DNA of 64,000 bases from Fistulifera solaris (Eukaryota). Made by a program: the position numbers and the translations under genes. Under the pieces are notes generated by a model, which was not told the DNA's origin, searched no databases, and worked only from the letters and a program-made list of their open reading frames with translations. The stretch lies in assembly GCA_030295235.1 (NCBI GenBank), contig AP026167.1, forward strand, positions 620,001 to 684,000, given 5' to 3'. Positions 34,352-47,492 of the stretch are shown one piece after another; the first letter of the stretch is position 1, and each line of letters begins with the position of its first letter.

Positions 34352-35385
34352 CTTAAGTTTTATATTGCAGCGGCTGAGGAAACGAGCAGTTAAAAACGAA
34401 AAGGAAGGAATGCAAGAATAAAATGAAGGAGATGATTGGATAATAATCACTAGCAAGGAAGTGATGATCTGACGGTTGGTTGACAAGACAAGGACGCGGC
34501 GTGCTACATACGGTTCGGGATGGTGCGAGCTCCCGAGCTTTCGGCTTTCGGGGCTTTTCGAAGCAATGAGTTACTTTTTACTAGTAGTAGTTCCGGGGTT
34601 TGAACAAAACTCATAACGAAAACTACCTTACTCTAGTAGGACAGAAACAGAAAATGACACTAGGAATCCGGAAATGATTTCTTTTCTAAGTGCTTTAAAG
34701 CTGATAGTAGCATAACAGTATGAGTCAAAGTATTAAAAGTCTTGAGAGGAATGACGTTTTGAGTTTCGAGGCAAAGAATAGAGAAAAGAGTATTGGTACA
34801 GAATGAGGAATGACCTTTGTTCTTCGTTCTGAATCATGACTGACTTTACGTTTTACGCCTTGCGTTTCGCTCCCCCGAGCCCGAGCCCCGAACTATGATT
34901 AAGTAAGCATGACTTGTTAACTCATTCAGTCTAAATTAGCTAGGACGAAGGTCACAGGAAGAATTTAGCCAAAGTTGCCGGTGAATCTAGACTTTCTATC
35001 TTCAAAGGGTCTAGGACAGCAGAGTGGTTTATTTTAAATTGTACTTGACCGATCAATAGATTGTTACGCACAACTTTGACCAGAAAATTTGAGCATCAAT
35101 CCTTCCTCAGATGCTTCGTTTACCGATGAAAAATAATACGGAAAATGTACATCGGGCATCTTCTGAGAGGATTACGTAGCTCGAAGGAACTCTATCGTAG
35201 TCATGAGACAAACAGGTTCCCGAGGAACCGTAAACAAAGCTCTAGAACCACGACAATACGATGACGCAAAAACTAATAAATAACACTATTTGTGCCTTTA
35301 ATCGCCTTCAAGGGCAATAAAATCATGACAACTGATGATCAAGGACCGATATTGAGACGAAACGAGTGAATTGACACGTGACATT

Positions 35386-36425
35386 TTAATCAAAGCAGAC
35401 GTCGTAAGGATCGCAACAAGCAAGTATGTCGCACGCCACTTCTTTACAATCAAGCCCAAATTTAAATAGGTTTTCCGTACAGGTGGGACACGCTTCGCAG
35501 TATACAGCGGGTAATGCACCTGTTAACATATTGCCGTGGAGGAAGAGATGATCTACGGAATGCGTTGTCAGGAGCCTGTGAGATAATTTTATCATAACGT
35601 TTATCATCAACAAAAACAAAAGCAGTACTTACCAAGCGTGCGATTCTCGTTAAAAAGGTCATCTGGAATCGTTCCAGTCAATTCATTGTGCTGAAAATAG
35701 ATTTCCTGCAACAATGGCATGCTTCGAAAGATTTCACTGTTAATGTTTCCGCTGATTTTATTGTGGCCCCACACTAACTCCTGGATACCATCTAGCAAAA
35801 CAAGCGCTTCTGGGATATTGCCGACGAGGTTGTTTTGATGAAAATCGAGAACGGATACATCACTGACCGGTCGTTTGAATGCTCCAGGTGAGAACACATG
35901 TTCACCCGCGCACTGAACACCTTCCCATTCGCAATGCGAGACACTGGTCAACCATCCAGTATTACGCGTCCACCTAGAACCGCCCATGGCATAGTACAAT
36001 GTGGCCAGGGCGAAACGACGAGGCAACTGGTGATATTCATCGACCGTATCCGCATGAACAATCCATGCAGCCGCACGGACTTCCGGGGGCATGCTTTCAT
36101 CGTCCTGCTTTCCTTGCAAATCCCAAACATCGTTTGAGATAGTCTCGAGATAACCTTGCAATGCGGGGTACCTCTCAAAGGAAGCTCGCAGAATTTCCAG
36201 TTCTTCCTGGGGGCTAGACACAGTGATGTTCGCCTCCACGGGCCTGGAGTATGTGATGACTCCCTCATCGTCTTTACCAACTACGACAATTAGGACAGTA
36301 ATGAGAGCTGCGATAGCAATCAGAACTGCCGTAACAACAACAATCACTTCCTTTCGTGATCGCTTGCCCCAGATACCCTGGGTTTCAATTTCCTGACGGT
36401 CGGGTATTCTCTCCACACCAATCAT
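35386..36425 (-). CDS. Single-pass membrane leucine-rich-repeat protein; intron 35553-35632
   Basis: TM segment VIVVVTAVLIAIAALITVLIVVV, cap RFALATLYYA..W...GW....HCEWEGVQC, LRRs (NNLVGNIP, NELTGTIP, GNMLTGALP) and a Cys-rich end. The start may lie further upstream. Confidence 0.8.
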
Positions 36426-37132
36426 GATTCTGCGAACCGTTTCTCGAATTCCTGCGACAATTGACTATGACCTCCGTTTTCCGCAATCAGAAGTGGATTC
36501 ACTTATAGAGCGTAGAATAAACACTTCCAGTTAAGGATGCTTGGTTGTGCTTTTGACAGAAAGAATAGGGCAAAGTAAAGGAGTAGGACGAAGTTCGTCG
36601 TTGTCGTCGTCGAGAGTTTCAGCGGATGCGTGTTGGTTTGCGCTTTGTTGGCCTTGTTCTCTTCCACCGCATTTGTTTGGAGATTGGAGACCCCATTCCG
36701 CTGCCTCCGCCACTTACGGCTATAGTCGTCAGTCACCCATGTTGGACAGTAGGGCAGAGTGTGCAGGAATGACCGAAGTTTGTTCTTCTGTCGTGGTTAG
36801 TGTCCAATAGGGTTCTCTACAAAACTATGACGAGGAAAGTCCATTCTGATATCGTACCGGTTCTGGTGTCATCTGGTTTCGAGTTTCGAACAACACTGTT
36901 TTCACACAAACACAACGCTCTTTGACCTTTGACCTGATGCCTTCATACTTTGTAGTTCATGCAAGAGGTCAAGGAGAATGGAACGGCAACAACATCAAGA
37001 TATCAAGAGACTATAACAGAGAACTTTTTCATTTCCAGCAGCAGAGTAACACAAATCAAAAACGATCTTTCGGTACTAGTTTAGTTGGCTGATAAGAACA
37101 CCACCGGAAGTAGAAGGTGCATCTGAAGGAGG

Positions 37133-38415
37133 CGTGTTTGAATCTTGTTAGAATGTCGTGTGAAATCTGCGGATGGGCTGCAGCAATTGCCTCTGCCTTG
37201 GCGTTTGGTAGTTTCGGGGTGCTAATTAAAAGCGATGCGGCAAAATCCGTTGATATTGATCCGTTGGTCTTTCAGTCCTACAAAACGTTTATGTGTTTCT
37301 TGACGTCATGGATCGTTCTCTTTCACGAGAAATTCCAGTTTAGTCCCTGGGGTATTGTGTCTGGCTTGTTCTGGGTTCCGGGTGGTATAGCCACTGTTTA
37401 TGCTGTTAAATCAGCGGGACTAGCGATCGGTATCGGCATTGGGTCCTCGATCATTGTCCTTGTCAGCTTCATATGGGGTATCTTTGTTTTCGGTGAAGAA
37501 GTCAGAAATTTATGGGGAGCATGCTTCGCCATTCTATGTATGATGGGAGGGTTAATGGGTATGAGCTACTTCTCTAGTCCGGATGCTGTCGCTCCCTGTC
37601 ACGACGATATCAATTTAGAGAACCTTGGTGGCGCTGTACCGACTTCTTTGGTGAACGGAAACGCCGTTTACAGCATTCGCAACCGCGGACCTCATTACCA
37701 TGAGATTGATACGCATGACGATTGTGAATGCGACCATTTTCGCGATCTGAGTAGAGAAGCGAATACAGATAACGAACTTGGTGCGACCAAAATCAGTAGT
37801 GACGTCCAATCCACGCAGCGCACAGAGACAAACAGTTCACTGGAAAGTCTATCAGACGATGACCATGTTGATCTTTCTTCTGATATCATTTACATACTTG
37901 ACGGTATACCGCTAACAAGAAGGCATAGAGGTATGCTGGCTGCCGTGTTCTGTGGTGCGTGGGGCGGAAGTGTCATGGCGCCAATGAAATTATGCAAGTC
38001 GGACACACAGGGCGTTGGATACTTGCTAAGCTTTTCCATTGGAGCATCGATCGTCACAATTTGCATATGGATAATGAGGTACATCTTCTATGCGTGGCAA
38101 CATCAGTCGTTAAGTTTAGCTTATCAAAGCTTACCTCAGCTTCACCTTCGCGTTATGTGGTGTGCCGGAGGAACGAGCGGTCTTTTGTGGAGTATTGGCA
38201 ATTTTTTCAGTCTCATCTCAGTCAAGAATTTAGGACAAGGTGTCGGCTACCCTCTGTCACAGACTTCTATATTGGTCAGCGGTCTCTGGGGGATTTTTTA
38301 TTTTCGCGAAGTAACAGGTTGGGAACGCATTTCGAGATGGCTCCTATCGTCGCTTCTCACCATTTTCGGTATTTTGTTGCTCAGTTACGAGCATCATGCG
38401 TCCGATGATGTATAA
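37133..38415 (+). CDS. DMT-superfamily membrane protein (TMEM144-like)
   Basis: Two 5-TM repeats around an acidic loop. AFGSFGV, PLVFQ, PWGIVSGLFW, SGLLWSIGN, GYPLSQ and SGLWGIFYFRE. Confidence 0.8.
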
Positions 38416-38543
38416 GTATTGATATTCTTATGTTTTTAAACTCACTATTAAGCTACTCCTTGTAAAACATACCCTTTTACTGATGACCGACGAATGACGC
38501 TTGCGCAAAAGGTAGTGAATGCGACGTCTCCTAAACGAGCATC

Positions 38544-40083
38544 CTAGCCGTACGCTACAATAGCCTTCTCTAACTTTGCTGTCGTTTCCGCTAGCAGATT
38601 CATGTTAGGCTCATCATTCATCACAAGATGATCGATTCCCTCACTGTCCTTTTCTTGGGAGAATCCAACCGCGAGCAACAAGTTCTTTGCCCCCACAAAA
38701 GGTTTTACGCGTGTCTTGTATGCGTTATTTTCCATGTTGATGGATCGAAACTTTGGGTCATTGGGGTTGTTTGCTAGATTGCCGACGTATGCCTTCAATA
38801 CTTTTAGACATTTTCCACCGTCTCCTCCCGCACGGTACGCCGACACCTTTGCGATGTATTCATCTATTTTTGCTGCGGATGCCTTGAGTTTCTTCTTCTT
38901 TTGTTCCTCATCGTCCGTGCCATGTACACCTCCTAATTCAACGTCGTATTGAATGGCATCTGGTGTGTACCCATCGATACCAAGCTTTGAACTGAGTTTG
39001 CCTTTATTCGCTGCACGTTCAAGTTTATCTTTTTCGAGTTGCGCTTTGATTCTAGCGCGTTCCCTTTTGAAATCCTCCTTTTCTTTTTTTACGAAGAGCA
39101 ATTTCGCGCTTGCGTTGTTCTGCATCCAATTGTTCTCTAGTCTTGTGCATTTCCTTGCCCATGTTCCTGCGTTGCAATTCCCTCGTCACTTCTTCGGCCT
39201 TTTCAATCTCTTCCCGTTCCCGCCGCTTCGCTTTGAGAAGATCTTTGATTTCGGCAATTTTGTTCGCCTTTTCTTCTGCAGTGAGGGGCACGGCACTTTG
39301 TGTCGACTCTTCGAAGTCTGAATGGCCAGTTTTATTAGCGTGCAATTCCAGATTGGCCAAATTCGATAGAATCTTTCCACATTCGTTGCATTTATACGAC
39401 TGCGCCTTAAGACCACCAGCTGGAATGGGTTCGTCAATATCATCATCTTCTTGATGCTGCATGAGCCACTCAACAGCACTTTCGACAGTCGATCCATTGC
39501 CATATAGCAAACCTTTTGCGCTCTAAGAAGTGAGAAACCCATCTCTTCCGTCAAAGTCTTCAATAAATCAGGATCTAATTTCGAGACAGGATCGTCGACA
39601 GGTTTCTCGGCTGGCTCATCAATGTCCATCTTGTCGTCTTCTGTATCAGGCGCTGTTGCTTCCGCCTGTTCTGGAACGGGTGCCGGCTTTGAAGGGGGAA
39701 GCAGCGAGAAGGCGACTGACACCGCCACTGGAGCCACTTCCCAGTCGTTGTCCTCCCGTCTCCGGAAGAGCCGATTTTTTATTAGACACCAGCGCCTGCA
39801 CTGCTGCGATATTCGCACCCACAATGCGATCCATTTCGGAACCCGACTCGTAGTAAATGTGCGTAGGGAAGGCGTTCACACGGTAGGCACCCAAATCTCC
39901 CTCCAACGCATCTTCGTGTACGATAGCCATGGGGATGGGACTGGACGCTGCTACTTGCTCGAGGGCAGGACGGCTTGCTTTACACGGCCCGCACCAATGC
40001 GCAGAGAATGTTACAACGCAGTTTGCATTTGCTGTCATGAATTGATGAAGCTCAGAAGGCGAATGCAGCTCTTTTAGAGGCAT
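38544..40083 (-). CDS. Thioredoxin-UBA-C2H2 zinc finger-coiled coil-PUB protein; frameshifts near 39715, 39512 and 39085
   Basis: WCGPC thioredoxin, UBA (EMGFSLLRAQK...VESAVEWL), YKCNECGK...ELHANKTGH, and PUB (YVGNLANNPNDPKFRSINMEN...LLAVGF). Confidence 0.8.
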
Positions 40084-40622
40084 TTTGCGCTTTACGGGTA
40101 GAATATCAAGTTTCAAGAATGTCTGAGTATGTTTCTGTTGTAACGAAGGGCTTGACAAGCGAATAATTGAATAACTGTATCTTTATTTCGCGAAAATCTA
40201 GCCCATCATGTTCATCATCGATGAATTTGTCGATCTTTTCTTGTTGCTTCGATGAATTTTTTTCTCACCCTGTTACTGTTGGACGGTCAGACGTATCGTA
40301 CCGGTAATCCAAAGAAGGTATACCACGTCACGAAACCAATGACGTCACTTAGTTCGTCTCATCCGTGAATGAATCAGGATTCAACTTCTCTAGGTCACCG
40401 ACTCTGGAGTAATGTATGCAAAATAAATCGAAGAAGACGATGACGAGGTCGTCGTTGTGACCACTCGTAGAACGGCCAGTTCGCGTTATCGGACTGCCCG
40501 ACAAAGAGTACACCCCTCGCTGAGTTTCTTCGTTTCCTCCTTCCGATGGCCGCCCGCTTTCATTTCCACGAAAATCAGTCGGGCATAACAGACATCAACT
40601 ATTCGTATCTAAATACATTAGC

Positions 40623-41080
40623 ATGAGTGACAAAAAGGAGCAAAGATCTTCAAGACCAAGTGTTCTCAGTGCCACACTGTTGAGGGAGGGAGGGTCGCAC
40701 AAGCAAGGGCCCAACCTTTACGGTTTCTTTGGACGTCAGTCCGGTCAAGCCGATGGTTACTCGTACAGTGCTGCTAACAAGAAGTCGGGTATCATCTGGG
40801 GAGAAGACACTCTTTTGAGTATTTGGAGAATCCTAAGAAGTACATCAAGGTGCGTAGGAAGTATTGATGGGAAAGGCGGCGCTATGATTTGCCGCGGTCA
40901 CTTTGATCTTTTTTATGCGTGTAGTTCGGCGATTGAAATTAAAGTTGATTAGTCAATTGAGATTCTTCTCACACACACTTGATTTGTTAACAGGGAACGA
41001 AAATGATCTTTGCTGGGCTCAAGAAGGAGAAGGATCGTCATGATCTTATCGCATACCTCAAGGCGACTTGCAGTGCCTAA
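40623..41080 (+). CDS. CYCS: Mitochondrial cytochrome c; intron 40850-40993; three indels in exon 1
   Basis: Corrected frame: [34 protein letters not shown]...YSYSAANK...W...[25 protein letters not shown]. Confidence 0.93.
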
Positions 41081-41276
41081 GTTGCTTTGATGTATTTTGC
41101 AAAAAAAGGAACCACTCTTGATGCACTAGAATAATTCCCATATAGATTGCAAAGGGTCAAACTGAACAATACAAAATTTTACCAAGTTTAATGGGCTCAA
41201 TGAATGTGAGCTCGCTATATCTTGTGGGCCTTGTGTTTGACGAGCTTGTCGTTTTTGAAACGGTGTAACTGTATTT

Positions 41277-43070
41277 CTATCGCACGACAGTGACTCGACC
41301 ACTTGAGTTTCCTCCAACAACGATTAAGCGATCGGTTGACGGATGAAAACAACAGCGACTAGCCACTGCCGTTAGAGCGTCACCTGATACTCCTCGTACT
41401 AGTTCCGTGTCAGGAGAGAAGATCTCAATGCGGCGAGGGTGGGCCATACTACCGACGCAGAAAATATCCAGCGAAGGATGCCATCGGGCATTGAAAGTAG
41501 TGAGCCACCGTCCCGTCTTATTATCGTGTCGTATACTCTTCCATGGCTTGGTTGGCTTACTGCTGCGCTTTTCGAGATGGAAGTCCATGACAATGTCCAG
41601 CTTGTCGCTCATTGTTGTGGCCACAACAAATCGCCCTTTCGGTGAGAAATAAGCACTGTTGATGGACTTTCCGCCAAAGTACTCGGCGACGGGAATATCT
41701 TGACTTTTCGACAATTTACGCAGATCCCACAATTTGACCGTACAGTCGAGACCTCCTGATATCATCGAATAACCATTTGGGTGAAGGCTGACGTAATCGA
41801 CTTAGTGAGAGACGCTGCAAAGGAGAGCAATCCAGGCTTCTTTATCAAGTGCTCACCTCAGGGTGTTAATTTTCTTTTCACTCCATTGACGATTAAATGT
41901 CACCTGACCTTTGGACCTCAAATCAACATGCAAGGCTGTCCCGATAGAAGTCGATACGAAAAAGCACTGATCTGTCATGAACCGACCATCAATGCAGGCG
42001 TATTGTGTCCAAAAGCTGTAGCCAGTGTCTAAACCATAGCCGAGATGATCTTTGCTGAACGACTCATCCACTGTCGCAAAATGCTGGACCATGGATTCCT
42101 TTTCAACATCAAAACACGCACCGTCCCATCGTAGGAGCCAGAAAGTAGTTTGGAACCAGAACTAGTCCACTCCAAACAACTGACAGCTCCCGAATGGTAC
42201 TTGAACAAATGGACACCATCATTCACTTTTGAGGCACCATCGACATTCCATATTCCGACGTATCCCGATTTGTCGCCCGCAGCTGCAATGACTTGATTTG
42301 CGGATGGATGGACCGTGATGCCATAAATTCGGTCGGGAACCACTTTCGCAACGCATTTATCCACATCCTCCACCGACAGTTGATTAACTGCAGTTTTAAG
42401 CCAGTCTTCACTAAGACTCTCATCGTCGCCGAGTGAACGCACGGATTTCGGGCTGACGTGATTGTTGGCAACCTTTCTGTCAATGAGGTGAACAAGCTCA
42501 TCACGCACAAAGTTGATCGCGGTTTCTACAGACGTCTCTTGCACCCATTTCGATCCAGTGAGCTTGACAGCTTGTTCAATCGAAAGACCTTCTCCGTCAT
42601 TGACACGATTTCGATAGTGCTCTTCTCTCACATTTGGTTTCTCTTCAACGTCACCTTCCGTGGACTTGGTGTTGCCATCGCTGGCAATGGTGAAACGACC
42701 AGCACTCTCGTTTTCAACATATATATTCTCCGATTCAATTCCGGCTATGCGTTTTGACTTTCGACGTTCTGTAGCAGTCACTTCGACCTTGCGTTTCTTG
42801 ATGCCTTGTGAGGCCGCCGGCTTGCGCTTCATTTGCATCTGTATGAGTTCTTCTTTCGCCGTCAAAAGTCCGGAATCTCGCAGCATTTGTTGATTGCGCT
42901 GACGTTTCGCGTTCACCATCTCTTGATACGTATCATAGACGACTCCTTCAAACGAATATACTTCGGGCGACAACACATCATCGTTCGTTTCATCTTCCGG
43001 CTTGCTCCTTGTTGTCCTTTTTCGGGGAGGTCGCAGTTTGCGAAACAGCGGAAACGTTTTTCCGTGCCAT
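41277..43070 (-). CDS. WDR76: WD40 protein, WDR76/CMR1 (DDB2-like); intron 41788-41856; frameshifts near 43020 and 42112
   Basis: AKVVPDRIYGITVHP, AAGDKSGYVGIW, SYDGTVR, KKINTL, INSAYFSP, IRHDNKTGRWLTTF and GGNSSGRV. Confidence 0.85.
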
Positions 43071-43534
43071 CTTGCTTTTCTTTAACGTTCCAGGCAAGGC
43101 ACACGCAGTGCGTTGATATGAAATAATATCTTTGTCGTGATTCGTATCGAAAGATGTGCTGGTTCACTCGACAAAAATAATGACGTGCCAGCACACACGT
43201 TTTCCTTCGTTCCGCATTTTTTCACACCGTTCTCGTGCACGGATTGTACTCTGAAGGCATATAGTCTTGATTGTCACACCGCGACAAACCTAAGAGAGTC
43301 GTTTTCGTCTTTTATAACAACATAGACTAGATACTATCATCTCACCGTGAAATAGCAGTGAAGGATTTCTCTGGCAATCAATCATTTTTGGCTAGTAAAT
43401 CATACTTGGTTTCCTAACAAATACAGATGCGGCGATTGTGATAATTACTTAATGTATGCTCCTGAATACACTGTGCAAGTAATGCTTTGGGAAGAAGCAA
43501 GGATCCATCGACTAGACGGCGAATCTTTTCTTCA

Positions 43535-45078
43535 TTAGATGATCGCATTTTCAACTTCCTTCGGCGCCGATTTCGATGATTTCGCTCGACCGTTTTTGCT
43601 GTTTTCTTTTCGAACAAGCGACATAAATTTGTTGGAAGTTGCTATGGAAACATCTAGATCGCGGACCATGACAGCAAGCTGCATCATGTCCGACATAGAT
43701 TCATCTACATTCGTAGAAGGAAGTGGTGGTAATGTCACAACAACAGTTCCCACATCCGATTTTTGAATACCGATTTCCCAGGCATGATCGACAGCCAACT
43801 TGAGCAATAGACACCGCGCGGCGTCCACTTCGACTTGTAGCATTCCCGCTAGTTGCTCCAGTGGGATCACAGAATAAATGGAAGAGAGCTGATATACATA
43901 CCGCCTTATCAACGCCTGTTGGCACTGCTGAACCATCCCGAGATTCCCATCCTCGACAAATACATCGTTGTTTTCATCTACCAGTCGAGCAAATGCCGCG
44001 CGGTCTACGTTGATAAAATCTTTCGCAAGATACCCGTAGATTGACATATTCACAGCTTGATTTTTCTTTTCATCAAGCTTTTCCGTCCTGATGCCTTCTG
44101 CCTCGACGACGTCTTGGTCGTCATCGCCGATGGGTGTTGTGGCTTCCACCATGTGAACTATTTCGGGGTTGTCTTCCGGTTCACTCGCAGCGCTCAGCGG
44201 CTGCATGCAAAGTGCGAGATTAATCAAACGATTCAAGCGCTCCGAGACAGTTTTAGGATACGCCAGTGGATCCAAAGGATCCGATACGTATCCCTGCTCC
44301 GTGAGACGTAAGCATTGCACCAGCACCATTTTTCTTCCAAGCGGCAATCTGAATTGCCGAAACAGCATCACCAGGAATCGATAAACAAGTCCAAAAGCAC
44401 CGCACAGCTAAACGCTTGTTACCGCAAGCCATGTGAACACAGCCTCGTAAGTAATAGTAACGCAGGACGTGAGTCACCGAGACCAATGGGGAAGGTCTTG
44501 GCCAAGTTTCGCCTAGATGTGACTCCGCAAACGAGTACTGCTCCGCAAAAATACAGGCTTGTAAAAATTCCACGTGAATGTGGTGCAGTAGATGGGCTGG
44601 TGGGAGCTGCTGCGAGAGAACCGCAAGGATCCCCGACTTGGATATTTCGGTTCGAGGTTGACATTGACTTACTGCAAAACCGACTGTCTTTAATTTTGAG
44701 GATAAAGAAATGAGAAAAGAAGAAATGTCAATGAAAAGACAAAATATGACAGACAAATACGTTCTTGTGCTTTGTACATACGCTCACAATGGTGGATAAC
44801 GACTGCGAAGGGTCGTTTTCCCGGGACGCAACTGCCCTGTTATCCGCATGTGCCTCGGCCACGGAGGCACTCGAAATAGCAACATGGTAAGCGGGAAATT
44901 GCTTTGCAACAGCGTAGAGATAAGGAGCACAAAGATCCGTTGACTGTTTGATAAGAGAAGCGATTTCCTCCGACAATAAGTGCAGCACCTGCGGAGAAGG
45001 GTCGCTTTGCGCGATTGATTGCAAGAAGTTCAAAGGCGTTTCCGACGCGCCCGCAGTTGCCGAAGCTTCCGTAGACAT
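43535..45078 (-). CDS. CSN3: COP9 signalosome subunit 3-like PCI protein; intron(s) near 44610-44760 (boundaries uncertain); frameshift near 44330
   Basis: LRYYYLRG, SIPGDAVSAIQIAAWKKMVLV and FVEDGNLGMVQQCQQAL...LSSIYSVIPL resemble CSN3. Confidence 0.75.
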
Positions 45079-45415
45079 GGCTGGTAATTTATGAAAGTAT
45101 GTAATTGACGAAAGTTGACTTGCAATGAAGGCTAAAAGTAAATCACGGAACAGAAGACATGCGAAGCGCCCCGCTTATGGTACCTGGTATCATTCTGGCA
45201 GCATGTAAACTGAGCGTTGTGGACCGCGAGCGTGATTAAAAACCAGTCTTGGCGATATAGCGCCAACACTTTGGCCTACAGTTACAACAAAGGGGAACTG
45301 CCGAGTGGATTTTCGACGTGAAGAATCATGATCTCAATTGCCAATGCAGTAAAGCAAGTATGAAACTCGTGGGTATTGAAATGTGAATAGTTAACTTACG
45401 AAATGGATAAATGAT

Positions 45416-47046
45416 CTAATCTTGCGTACTGAGCTGCATGTACTCCGTCAAGACACCACGATGACCTCCATCGCCGCCAGCAAAGGCATGTCGCGGAAAA
45501 TCGTTGCGCTGTTGAACAAAGTAAGTCCATCCTGCATAAATGCATCCACCAAGTAGGATAAGGAAAAATGTCCATTTCAAAAAGTGCAAAAACGGATGTC
45601 GTCGAGGACGCGGAGCCGAGTGTTTCTTCTTTTCTTCTTCTTCGTGTCTATGTTTACGCGCGGCCTCGCAAGAGCCGAGTTCAACACAACCAGCAACATC
45701 ACTTGTACACCAAGAACACGAATAACACACTGGTGGCGTGACGTTAAACGCCATGTTCTCACAAATGTTCTCAAACAAGGCGTTGGCTGTCAAGACACTT
45801 TCGAAAAGCACGGAATCAACCACCATTGCAGGGTATTGAAGAATTTCGTTACTTTCTCGTGAGTGCATAGCCCTGTCAAGCTTCGAATTGGTGGCGTTAG
45901 AGTCCACAGATCCGGACTCTTCCATGCATTTCTCAATGGCTTTCTCATTAAAACCAGCCTGTTTCAAAACCTCACTGATACACTTTGGATCAGAGAATCG
46001 TGTTGTAGGCTTCTCAGTTTGGTGCTGTTCGTCGAAGTTGTGGTAACACTGATGCTGGAATCGTTGAGCGTAGTCGAAGAACTTTTCATGCTCTTTCGTT
46101 TCCCATAGACACTGCCGGCGCAACGATTCGATAACACTATCACGCCCGGTAATATTCTTTTCGATGTCCGCTGGGTTGCAGTAACGTCCGTGGTTGGTGC
46201 AATGAGTTGTGCACGACAAATCGGGAGTATTGGCATTGCATCGCCAGCCTTTGTATCCGTTGATGATATAAGGATGCCAGTGAAGTTCGGCGTGTTGCTT
46301 CAATGCGGGGTAAACTTTCCCCCACTCCCATAGCCAGTAACGTGAATACATATCCGTTGGCGAAGTCCACACTTCATACGATGACATCTGATAATCGACG
46401 TAATCCAGACGAAGCTCCATCATAACATGTTGATTATCGTGACGGAGAGCCTTGACGATCTTATCACCGGCCGACTTTCGTACTAGCACCGTGTGGATAC
46501 CAATATCGCCACCGGATCCATTATCTTTCAACGAAGGATCATATTCCTCACACTGCTGCCCTTCTTCCTTTTCACAATCCGTATCCGTGCAAAGACATTC
46601 CGTATCGACGAGAAAGAGAGCCGCCGCTCCTAAATTCTGCGCCGTTCTCGCTTGACGTACGGCACTGCAGTCCCGAGCAAAGTGCGCCACGAGAAAGAAC
46701 GGAGTCGAAGGTTTCCACGGTACATCCTCCTTTTCGGGGTCCGGGTGCACGCGTGTGGCGTTCATGTAATCTAACGAATCGCACAGATGCAGTCCGTAAA
46801 AGTAAGCAGGTAACAGAGTATTTCCCATGGATGACGCTTTCCCTATGGGTGACAGAACATGGGACATTTCGACATTCGACAAATGATTCGGCGACTAAGG
46901 AAATAAAAACACGAAAGTGAGCAAGAGAAAGAAAAGTCCTTATGTATCCATTCATTCGTGGTTTAACTCACATGAATCAACAGCTTGCTGATCGTTGCCG
47001 AAGACACTACAAGCGGCGCAAGCGACAAAAACAGAAGCCAATTCAT
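45416..47046 (-). CDS. Vacuolar sorting receptor-like type I membrane protein (PA domain); intron 46895-46971
   Basis: Signal exon MNWLLFLSLAPLVVSS, PA-like RDCSAVRQARTAQNLGA, VSR hallmark CTNHGRYC, GRDSVIESLRRQC and a C-terminal TM with a Tyr motif (YMQL). Confidence 0.8.
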
Positions 47047-47492
47047 TTTAATAAGGATTTGATAGAGATTATTGTGCCTTTGGTAGAAAGAAGCGTTCAG
47101 TTTGCCTTTCTTGTTAACATTTGACGCATCGAATCGAACACGATGAACATTATTGCGTGCGGCGTATCTTGGTTTTCTTCGAAAGTGTTTATTGCGTCAC
47201 ACAACAACGCTTCGCTATTTGAAATTCGTGCTCTTCATCCGTGTGTTATTCACTTGACCCGCCTAGACCTATATAAAAGGCCAACGAAGCCATGCGCTTC
47301 TCGTTCTCGTGTTCCTTGCTCATTCCTACTAGAGAGGCCAATAAAGAATAGCAAAAGTACAAAACAAATAGCATCAACCTTTTTATTTTAAAAGACAAAC
47401 GTATAAATCGAGCGTCTTTAGCAAATCGACATCAAAAGATTTCGTGACCAAGGCACGTCACAACAAAACCAAATAGAGAAAAATCCAAGCTT

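Noticed and set aside
36503..36810. Short ORFs upstream of the LRR gene, and the many antisense or nested ORFs in the track
   Set aside because: They have no recognisable motifs and are explained as UTR sequence or shadow frames of real genes.
40841..41005. Cytochrome c YIKGTKM instead of YIPGTKM as a novelty
   Set aside because: It is a single substitution at a splice junction that I recall from other stramenopiles, so it is not distinctive without an alignment.
47100..47492. TPP riboswitch in the SSS 3' UTRs (also checked 53700-54212)
   Set aside because: No CUGAGA or other aptamer core was seen on the coding strand of either paralog.
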